From an uncultured virus (IMG/VR IMGVR_UViG_3300037466_000868) (lineage: Duplodnaviria > Heunggongvirae > Uroviricota > Caudoviricetes): a DNA stretch of 64,000 nt. The stretch is from the IMG/VR virus record IMGVR_UViG_3300037466_000868; one strand, written 5' to 3'. The notes under the pieces are model-generated. The model was not told the origin of the DNA, ran no database searches, and saw nothing but the letters and a program-made list of their open reading frames with translations. Shown in pieces: positions 57,073-64,000 of the stretch. A program made the position numbers and the translations under genes. Numbering within the stretch: position 1 is the first letter of the stretch; the number at the start of each line of letters is the position of its first letter.

Positions 57073-57341
57073 AGTACACTGTAACTGCCGCTGCGCTAGT
57101 GGCGGGCCTGATGCTTGCCGGTTGCCAGCCTCCCGGCACCACCTCCGGCCAGTTGCCCACCGTCCCGGCCGATATTCAGGCGTGCTTCCGGCAAGGCCCG
57201 GTGAAGGTGCCGCCCAAGGCCCTGACCGTGGCCGAGGTTGAGTCCCTCTGGAAACAGGACCGGGTTCGCTCGGCCGTCATGCATGCTTGCGGGCAGCGCT
57301 TCTTAGCCTGGTACGGCGATCTGCAGAAGAGGTGGCGGTGA
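57069..57341 (+). CDS. Putative o-spanin lipoprotein
   Basis: Lipobox LAGC; Pro-rich. Confidence 0.75.
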   Translation: MKYTVTAAALVAGLMLAGCQPPGTTSGQLPTVPADIQACFRQGPVKVPPKALTVAEVESLWKQDRVRSAVMHACGQRFLAWYGDLQKRWR

Positions 57342-57532
57342 TGACGCCACAGACAGAGGAGGCGATGTCTCGCATTCGCGCCTGTAAGACTTACGAAGAA
57401 AGGCAGGCGATGGCGCGGCAAATCTACAAAGAGCGAAACCCACCCCTTACGGCATTCGATAAATTCATGAATTTCGCGGTGTTTTTCGGCCCCATCGTTA
57501 TCGGTGTGGCCATCGCTTTGGTGATTTTGTGA
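57341..57532 (+). CDS. Small membrane protein
   Basis: C-terminal TM; coupled. Confidence 0.6.
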   Translation: MTPQTEEAMSRIRACKTYEERQAMARQIYKERNPPLTAFDKFMNFAVFFGPIVIGVAIALVIL

Positions 57533-57822
57533 TGGGTGTCTTTGAATGGGGCGCCGTAGCCGCCCTGGTGGCCGTGGGCGGCATTGTCTGGAGGCTGGCG
57601 TGGCGGCTATCCTCCAACACGGAACGCATCACGGCGGCGGAAACCTTGGCTACGGCGGCATCCGCGCGGACTGTAGAACTGACTCGCGCGCTTGCCGAGC
57701 ACAAGGAACACGTCGCAGCAGAATATGTGAGCCGTGGGGCGTTGAAGGAGATTACCGACGCGATCAACCGGTTGGGTGATCGGCTCGATAATCTTTTCAT
57801 CCACATGATGCCCAAGCCATGA
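57532..57822 (+). CDS. Membrane-anchored coiled-coil protein
   Basis: N-terminal TM; HVA.EYV...RLD. Confidence 0.7.
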   Translation: MGVFEWGAVAALVAVGGIVWRLAWRLSSNTERITAAETLATAASARTVELTRALAEHKEHVAAEYVSRGALKEITDAINRLGDRLDNLFIHMMPKP

Positions 57823-57952
57823 TCGAGACCGCGCTGGAAGTCGCCATGGCGCTGGGCGCACTGGCCCTGTTCGCCATGGCTTTAGGGCTGGCCTTGGACA
57901 ACCACGCGGCGCGGTTGGACCCTAGCACGCCATATTATGTCGCAGCGCAAAA

Positions 57953-57979
57953 GGCCCCGTAAGTCGGGGCCAAATTTTT
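57953..57979 (+). terminator. Rho-independent terminator
   Basis: GGCCCCG-N5-CGGGGCC followed by AAATTTTT. Confidence 0.65.
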
Positions 57980-58037
57980 CTATAGCTGTTGCGTTTTGCC
58001 GCCTTAGCTATCTGCGTATTCCAACCAATGAGGCCAC

Positions 58038-59312
58038 ATGCCTACTCCTCCGGTATCAAACGAAGACCTTGCGGCCACGGTAGCCGCCTATGAGGCCAGC
58101 GGGCGCAATCAATCCGCCACGGCCAGGGTGCTAGGGTTGGCGCGGGAAACCGTGCAGTCGCGGCTTAGGCGGGCCTCTGAGCGGGGTCTGCTGCTGGGGC
58201 ATCCGGCGGCGATGCCGGGGTTTGCCATAAAGAGCGTAGCGGCCAAGGTTGGCGATGCTTGGGTTAAGCAAACCAAGGAACCGGGCGAGGTCTACGCGCC
58301 GATTGAGGGACACGCCATCAAGGGCGAGTCCGCTCTGGTGGATGCCGAAGGGCGCGTTATCCAGAAGTGGATTAAAACCAAAGAGGACGCCGACGACACG
58401 ATTGCGCTATCCGCCGCAATCCATGACGAGTTTTCGCAATACAAGGGGTACGCCAAACTAGTGCGCCCGCCGAAGGAAACCTACGCCGACCTCTGCAACT
58501 ACTACCCTGTCGTCGATCCGCACATTGGGATGCTTTCTAACGGCAAGGAGACCGGCGAATCCAACGACTTGAAGATTGGCGTTAGTCGCGTCGGCGGGAC
58601 ATTGCAGCGGCTTATCGGGGACTCACCTCCCGCAGACACTGGCGTAATCATCAACACCGGAGACTTCTTCCACGCAGACGATCAGCGCAACGTCACGCCA
58701 GCATCAAACCATCAACTTGACGTTGATGGACGCAGCCACAAAGTCAAGTGGGCCGGAATTAACATGCTGCGCACCACGATTGATCTGGCCCTACAGCGGC
58801 ACAAGAGGGTTATCGTCAAAAACCTGAAGGGCAACCACGACCCGGAATCAGCCATGTGGCTGAATATTTCTCTTGGGTTGTTCTACTCAAATGAAGAGCG
58901 CGTCGAGATCGACACGGAAGACGCGAATAATGATCACTTCTTCCATCTGTTCGGCGTGAACTATACCGGGGCCACGCACGGTCACACGATGAAGCCTGAC
59001 CGCATGTATGTGATGATGGCGGAAGATAACCCTGAATACTGGAATGCGTCGCTCTACCGTTGGTGCATCTTCGGCCACATTCATCACGAGACGAAGAAGC
59101 AGATCGGCTCGCTAATATGCGAGTCATTCAGCCAGCCTGTGCCGCGCGATTCATTCGCTCACAGCCACGGTTATAGGTCGGGCAGCGCCATGCAGTCGGT
59201 GACGCTGCATAAGCAGGACGGCGAAAGCGGGCGGGTTATCAAACGCTTCCCGCCGTCGCGTGGGTTGCCGGTTGCGGCGAATGATAATGAGCAAAAGCGG
59301 AGGGCGGCGTGA
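58038..59312 (+). CDS. HTH plus calcineurin-like metallophosphoesterase
   Basis: N-terminal HTH; DPH, GD, GNHD, HGH and GHIH motifs. Confidence 0.88.
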   Translation: MPTPPVSNEDLAATVAAYEASGRNQSATARVLGLARETVQSRLRRASERGLLLGHPAAMPGFAIKSVAAKVGDAWVKQTKEPGEVYAPIEGHAIKGESALVDAEGRVIQKWIKTKEDADDTIALSAAIHDEFSQYKGYAKLVRPPKETYADLCNYYPVVDPHIGMLSNGKETGESNDLKIGVSRVGGTLQRLIGDSPPADTGVIINTGDFFHADDQRNVTPASNHQLDVDGRSHKVKWAGINMLRTTIDLALQRHKRVIVKNLKGNHDPESAMWLNISLGLFYSNEERVEIDTEDANNDHFFHLFGVNYTGATHGHTMKPDRMYVMMAEDNPEYWNASLYRWCIFGHIHHETKKQIGSLICESFSQPVPRDSFAHSHGYRSGSAMQSVTLHKQDGESGRVIKRFPPSRGLPVAANDNEQKRRAA

Positions 59313-59575
59313 GTAAACCGGCAGAAGTTATTATCATCAAGGAAGGTGTATTGGAGTCGTGGCTTAACGATGCCGGCACGTTTGTTATGTTCGCGACTCT
59401 TATCGGTATTGGCGTCCTTATCGGTAGCCCTGCCATGCAATGGGTTGGTGGAATCATTGGCTTCATTGCCATCGGCACGCGCCCAACGCTACACCGGAAG
59501 CGGATGACGATCGCGGAAGCTCGTGCAAAGCTGGACTCGTTTGACGCCGCACCCACGCAAGTAGGTGCGGCATGA
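59309..59575 (+). CDS. Small membrane protein
   Basis: Two TM helices. Confidence 0.65.
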   Translation: MSKPAEVIIIKEGVLESWLNDAGTFVMFATLIGIGVLIGSPAMQWVGGIIGFIAIGTRPTLHRKRMTIAEARAKLDSFDAAPTQVGAA

Positions 59576-59781
59576 CACCCACCAAATTCGACGGCTTCAA
59601 TGCCGTTTACCGCGGCACCGCAGAACTTCCCTGTGAAGACCTCCCTGCCAAGCGCACCGACAAGACGGTTGTTACGCGCTGGTTGCCGTCTGCGGAGGAG
59701 ATACAGCGCATGGCGCGCGGTGGTGCTGTTGAGTTGACGATCTTCGGCGGGCAGCCGCCGGTTGCTATGAGGGTGGTGTGA
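59572..59781 (+). CDS. Hypothetical protein
   Basis: C..LP; W.P..EE; QPPV. Confidence 0.7.
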   Translation: MTPTKFDGFNAVYRGTAELPCEDLPAKRTDKTVVTRWLPSAEEIQRMARGGAVELTIFGGQPPVAMRVV

Positions 59782-59984
59782 TGCTGACAAAGCCGATGAC
59801 AAGCAACCCCGAGCTAGACGCGCTTATTGAACGCGCTGTCGCTGCGTACAATAAGATGACGCCGCAGCAAAAGCGCGAGATGCACGAGGCGCAGCGGCGT
59901 TCGTGGGTGATCGGCAACATGCTGTTGGATCATCCTGATATGTCGCGTGAGTATGCGGAGAACATTTACGATAGGGTGGTGTGA
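59781..59984 (+). CDS. Hypothetical protein
   Basis: MTP..K.E...QRRSW..GN. Confidence 0.65.
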   Translation: MLTKPMTSNPELDALIERAVAAYNKMTPQQKREMHEAQRRSWVIGNMLLDHPDMSREYAENIYDRVV

Positions 59985-60126
59985 TGGCGATAGGCAACAT
60001 AAAGCGAAAGTGGTTGCGCCGCACGGTTGTTGTTATTGTTTCGCCTGTGGCGTTCGTTGTGCACATCCTTGTCGGCCTGGCACAGGGATGCGTTGATGCC
60101 GCAGAAGACGTGCGCAGCGCTTGGTG

Positions 60127-60492
60127 ATGACCGCGCTCCAACTAACCCCCGCCGTCCTCGCAGCGGCTTACGACTATCTAGCAGCCTGCGAACCTTTCTG
60201 CCGTTGGAACCTACCCGACTCCGAAGACATCAAGTTTCGAGTCATCAAGTCGCGCAAGGTATTCGCGCAGTATGTGTGGGACGGCACCCACGCAATTGAG
60301 GTGTCGTCCGGCACGGTAGGGCAAACGGATACGTTGATGCAGACCATGGCACATGAGCTAACGCACCTGCACCTGCGGCTTACCGGGATGGAAAGCCGCA
60401 GCGATAATCCGAACGTGCATAACGGCGCGTTCCGGAAGTTGGCGGCGAAGGTCTGTGCGACACACGGCTGGGATTTGAAGGCGTTTTATTGA
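60127..60492 (+). CDS. SprT-like zinc metalloprotease
   Basis: HELTH (HExxH) plus H.G.F. Confidence 0.75.
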   Translation: MTALQLTPAVLAAAYDYLAACEPFCRWNLPDSEDIKFRVIKSRKVFAQYVWDGTHAIEVSSGTVGQTDTLMQTMAHELTHLHLRLTGMESRSDNPNVHNGAFRKLAAKVCATHGWDLKAFY

Positions 60493-60499
60493 GGGGAAA

Positions 60500-60697
60500 A
60501 TGACATTCAAAGAAATCCCATTTGAAGACGATGCCGATGAAGTCCAAACATGGAAGGGGCTTGCGTTATCGGCTATAAGCGATCTGAGGCGATATGCGCA
60601 CGATGATCTTCCGCACCGCCGAATGGTCTCTGTCGAGGCTTATGAAGCCGACGCCATACGACTTCACTCCGCTACGCAAGTTGCGGAGGCGGCGTGA
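60500..60697 (+). CDS. Hypothetical protein
   Basis: GAGG RBS. Confidence 0.55.
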   Translation: MTFKEIPFEDDADEVQTWKGLALSAISDLRRYAHDDLPHRRMVSVEAYEADAIRLHSATQVAEAA

Positions 60698-60839
60698 TGA
60701 GAGCGGCGTTCCTGGCGAACCTTGCTCTTACATTCCAGCGGGCTGTGTCAGTTGGGCCGCCGCACAGGATAGATGGCAGAATGCGGGAACGAGCGTGGCT
60801 TTGGTTTTCTGAGGCTCAACAGATGGGGCTAGTATTGCA

Positions 60840-61127
60840 ATGACCTACCACAACCCCGGCGACCCCGTCGTTTTCGTCGACGACACCAACCTTGGCACGC
60901 TCGGCTACGGCGACGAGGTGTATCCCAAGCTCGGCAATACCTACACCGTGCGCGATGTTGTGCTTGACCACTTCGGCGTGGAAGGGCTCTTGCTGATGGA
61001 GATCCGCAACGATCGTCTGCCGTATCGCGTTGGCGCCGAGATTGTGGACACGGAAAAGAGCTTCGCGTCGTGGCGATTCAGGCCGGTTGTGCGCGGTGAG
61101 AGCAAGAAAGATATGGAGGCGGTGTGA
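60840..61127 (+). CDS. Hypothetical protein
   Basis: GD.VV..D; G..YTVR; RFRPV. Confidence 0.7.
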   Translation: MTYHNPGDPVVFVDDTNLGTLGYGDEVYPKLGNTYTVRDVVLDHFGVEGLLLMEIRNDRLPYRVGAEIVDTEKSFASWRFRPVVRGESKKDMEAV

Positions 61128-61606
61128 GTATTAGAATCATGGATACAACGGCGCGTGAGACGTGTGACGCGGTTTCTGCTTATCGCGAAGCCCCCGCGAA
61201 GTCGCACAGCGACACCGCGCCTTGCGAAATCCTTCCAACCTCCGAATGGTCGCCAACTATTGGCCAGCCGGAGGCGGCCAATAGTAACGTCGTGGGGCTG
61301 GCGGGCCAGTACGTTCTATTGCGCACCATCCTCGACGCCGCCTTCAACCACGCCGCAACCGGCAAGGGCAAGGAGCGTCACGCGCGGGACTTGCCTTTCG
61401 ATAAGCAGCCGATGCTTGAAACCACCCGCCTTGTCGGACCAGGATTCCCGCTCGGACAGGCCATCAAGAAGGCCGGCGAGGCGGCTGGCATGATCGATCG
61501 GTCGGAATACGACGCCGCAGAGGCTGAGTGCCTTGGGGCGATCAACTATCTGGCTGGTGCGGTGGCTTGGATGAGGGAGCGAAAATCTGCTAAGGTGGCT
61601 GCATGA
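61124..61606 (+). CDS. Conserved phage hypothetical protein
   Basis: GKGKERHA...F..QP; GQA.KK; LGAINY. Confidence 0.75.
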   Translation: MSIRIMDTTARETCDAVSAYREAPAKSHSDTAPCEILPTSEWSPTIGQPEAANSNVVGLAGQYVLLRTILDAAFNHAATGKGKERHARDLPFDKQPMLETTRLVGPGFPLGQAIKKAGEAAGMIDRSEYDAAEAECLGAINYLAGAVAWMRERKSAKVAA

Positions 61607-61833
61607 CAGATTGGCAGACTATAGACTCAGCGCCCAAGGATGGCACCGCCATACGAGCGTGCCGCGTGGTAGATGGCAAGCCGATGTTTGATGGTAAGGC
61701 CGCTTGGCGCACCGTTACGCTACCAGAGACGTTTGTCGCCGGAATGTTGGTTCATGAAGAGACGGTCACTGGATGGATGCGTATAGATGAGGATAAGCGC
61801 GCCCCTGAACCGACGCATTGGATGCCAGAATGA
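61603..61833 (+). CDS. DUF551-like protein
   Basis: WQ.I.SAPKDGT...PTHWMP. Confidence 0.8.
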   Translation: MTDWQTIDSAPKDGTAIRACRVVDGKPMFDGKAAWRTVTLPETFVAGMLVHEETVTGWMRIDEDKRAPEPTHWMPE

Positions 61834-62003
61834 ACATCAAGGGCGATACTGTCGAGATGACGGAGAACGAACTTCAGGAACTCATGCGCCAGCGTGATAA
61901 TTATTCTGGAAACATTTCTCTCAATCTAGAGTCTGTTGGCGAGACCTACCAAGGGCGTAGGGTCGTCATTTCGCCGGCCTCTACGCAAGTTGAGGCGGGC
62001 TAG
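61830..62003 (+). CDS. Hypothetical protein
   Basis: ATGA coupling. Confidence 0.5.
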   Translation: MNIKGDTVEMTENELQELMRQRDNYSGNISLNLESVGETYQGRRVVISPASTQVEAG

Positions 62004-62151
62004 GCTGCCGCCACTCATCACCACACCAGCGCTCCATAAATGACACGTTGGCGCGTCATACGGGCCAGATATGAAGCGTATACGCGACAGCGTATGATTC
62101 ATGGATATACGCTTTTGCGTATTGAAATTCACAACGAGTGAATGTTTTTCA

Positions 62152-62187
62152 GGCCCGCCCCTTCGAAAGTTGGGGTGGGTTTTCTTT
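62152..62187 (+). terminator. Rho-independent terminator at the convergence point
   Basis: GGCCCGCCCC...GGGGTGGGTT followed by TTCTTT. Confidence 0.75.
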
Positions 62188-62503
62188 ACCGCGCACCCAC
62201 TCCCATCGGAACCTTCGGCCAGACCGCCCTTACGTCGACCCAGCCAACCGCGCCGCATTTCGTGCAGCGAAGGTGCGCAGATATATCGGCCCACGTCCAA
62301 TCCGGCAGATTCGCGATTCGTAGTTCTGCGCTGTGGCCGCACCGCTGACCCGATCCGCCAACGCAATAAACCAGAATCGACTTCACGTCCCCGCGGCGAT
62401 CGGGCTTACCCGGCCAATATCGCAGGAAGTCGGCGGGCTTTTTGCGCCATGGTTTGCGTTGCTGGAGGCGGTGCATGGCGAGAACGTAATGCGAACGCGC
62501 CAA
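62186..62503 (-). CDS. Zn-binding hypothetical protein downstream of the integrase
   Basis: C...CGH and LRCTKCG motifs. Confidence 0.6.
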   Translation of the reverse strand: MARSHYVLAMHRLQQRKPWRKKPADFLRYWPGKPDRRGDVKSILVYCVGGSGQRCGHSAELRIANLPDWTWADISAHLRCTKCGAVGWVDVRAVWPKVPMGVGAR

Positions 62504-62506
62504 GTG

Positions 62507-63841
62507 TCAACGCTGCGCCAATATCCTGTCCAGTTCCGCGCCCAGAATATCCGCGACGGCGCGCTTTTCAGGCAGCATATCGTATTTGTCATAGACGGCG
62601 GTTACGTCGCCATTCAGATGGTCAAGCATTGCCTTGACATCTTCGCGCTTGGCGCCAGCTCGGCGGGCGAGGGTGGCAGCGGTACGGCGCAAGTCATGCG
62701 CCGTGAAGTGCTCCATCCCTAAAAACTCGCGAATGCCAACGCGGTTTTGCTTCTTGCCGTCCACGACCTTGCCGTTCCGCTTTCCATTTAATGCTTGGGA
62801 TATCGACGCCCGCGAAATCGACGTGCTTCCGGTCGAGTCGAATTTTGACGGAAACAGCACTTTAGAATCAGCACCCTCTAGGGCCTCAGATACAACCGCA
62901 CAGGCCCGTTTTGACAGCGGCACCAAGACGGCACGGTCCTTTTTCACTCGGCCTGGCGGCATGTCGTATAGCGCCTCTGGCGTGTCTAGGCCGGTAACCT
63001 CGCCAACTTCGGCACCAGCGGCCTGATAGGGGCGTACCATGGTGGTTAGAATGAACCGGATGGCGAGGCGCGTAGGCTTGTCCGCCGGCACGCCTTCCGC
63101 GTCGAGGCCGCGCCAGAGCCTTCGTATTTCGTCGTCGGTGAGGACACGATCGCGTTTGCGTTCTTTGCCGCCGCGGCGGTCTAGTTCCGCAACGGGGTTG
63201 GTGGCGACATACTTGCGGCCGGGCTGCTTTGCCCATTTGAACAGCGTGTGAAGGATGGACTGCGTGCGGTTTGCGCTCACGGGGGCAGACTCCGCAATTA
63301 CGTCCAGCAGTTCAGCAACGTCATCGTCTGCAACCGACGAGGCCGGCAGGCCGCCCCATTCTTCGCGCGGGCGCTTGAGATATTGAACGTCGTTTTTCCA
63401 AGATCGTTTGTTCGGATGTGGTATGTCTGGCCACTTGCCGGTCTCGTTAAATGCTGTAACGGCGGCCTCGCCTCCGGCGCCGATCACGTATTCCGCGACG
63501 TATAGATCCGCGAGGCGGTTGAACGTTAGTTCCTCATCGTCAGCCACGCGCCGTCGTTCCTGCCGCTGTAGACGACGCGGGTCTTCATCAGCTGCTATTG
63601 TTTCGCGGTGCTGCGCAACTTTCCTGCGCGCGCCAGATAGGTCGAGGCCAGGATATCGTCCAAGGTTCAGGGTTATCGCCTTGGACAGGATTGGCGACCA
63701 ATATTTAAACGCGAACGTTTTCACAGCGCCCTTGGTGACGCGGAGATACAAACCGGGGCAGGAGGTGTCCGGCAATTCTACGCGGGCCTTATCTGGTGGG
63801 CACCGCGCGGCCTTTACCGAACTATCCGTTAGCTTTGGCAT
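62507..63841 (-). CDS. int: Tyrosine integrase with arm-binding domain
   Basis: PGL.LRV...G.K.F arm domain; catalytic R, HDLRR, H and Y. Confidence 0.96.
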   Translation of the reverse strand: MPKLTDSSVKAARCPPDKARVELPDTSCPGLYLRVTKGAVKTFAFKYWSPILSKAITLNLGRYPGLDLSGARRKVAQHRETIAADEDPRRLQRQERRRVADDEELTFNRLADLYVAEYVIGAGGEAAVTAFNETGKWPDIPHPNKRSWKNDVQYLKRPREEWGGLPASSVADDDVAELLDVIAESAPVSANRTQSILHTLFKWAKQPGRKYVATNPVAELDRRGGKERKRDRVLTDDEIRRLWRGLDAEGVPADKPTRLAIRFILTTMVRPYQAAGAEVGEVTGLDTPEALYDMPPGRVKKDRAVLVPLSKRACAVVSEALEGADSKVLFPSKFDSTGSTSISRASISQALNGKRNGKVVDGKKQNRVGIREFLGMEHFTAHDLRRTAATLARRAGAKREDVKAMLDHLNGDVTAVYDKYDMLPEKRAVADILGAELDRILAQR

Positions 63842-64000
63842 GGTTGCGCTCTAGTCTTGCAAATCTCATATATCGCCTTGCCCAAGGGCAGGGAAACTGG
63901 TTGATAGCACTAGAGCACGCTAGACGGCAATAGATGTCAAACCGAATAAAAACAATGACTTGCGTAGTTTAAGATTGTCCAGCAATGTCATCTACGGCAC

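Larger units (their letters stand above)
1..64000. mobile_element. Temperate siphovirus-type phage/prophage spanning the window (left boundary outside window)
   Basis: Repressor, replication, terminase, portal, capsid, tail, lysis and integrase genes in lambdoid order; no host housekeeping operon seen. Confidence 0.97.

Noticed and set aside
1..64000. CRISPR array, tRNA or rRNA genes
   Set aside because: No regularly spaced repeat-spacer array or cloverleaf recognised by eye; a covariance-model scan was not possible
63842..64000. Attachment core upstream of the integrase
   Set aside because: Only loose CTAGA/TAGA repeats are visible; no partner repeat or tRNA end is in the window, so it cannot be called

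Overview
The whole window is one temperate, long-tailed phage or prophage with an HK97-type capsid. The host is most likely an alphaproteobacterium (Hyphomicrobiales-like, inferred from gene content and the ssrA-like motif). The left end falls inside the leftward early operon, and the right end lies just upstream of a tyrosine integrase. Gene order: leftward early operon headed by a ProQ/FinO-domain gene; CI-like repressor with four operator-like sites; two ParB-like genes; recombination/replication block (Sak4-like ATPase, HNH, DUF669 SSB, Gp157, beta-clamp, Cas4-like nuclease, SF2 helicase, two DNA methyltransferases, primase-DUF3987); RNA repair genes (phosphatase-kinase plus two RNA ligases); a sigma factor; packaging and head genes; tail genes; tailspike; antisense EpsG/Wzy-like gene; lysis cassette; post-lysis accessory operon; integrase. 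Three observations stand out. (1) Ten proteins carry the tmRNA-tag motif AANDN (12 exact copies), and five of them end in a complete hard-coded ssrA-like tag (AANDN...AA-stop). (2) A start-less Maf/sialyltransferase-like glycosyltransferase frame appears reachable only by a -1 frameshift at CCCTTTA in the gene after the capsid gene. (3) That frame, a GT9-like gene and two O-methyltransferases are interleaved with head-completion genes, suggesting virion glycosylation with methylated glycans. All family assignments are from motif recognition by eye; no database search was run.
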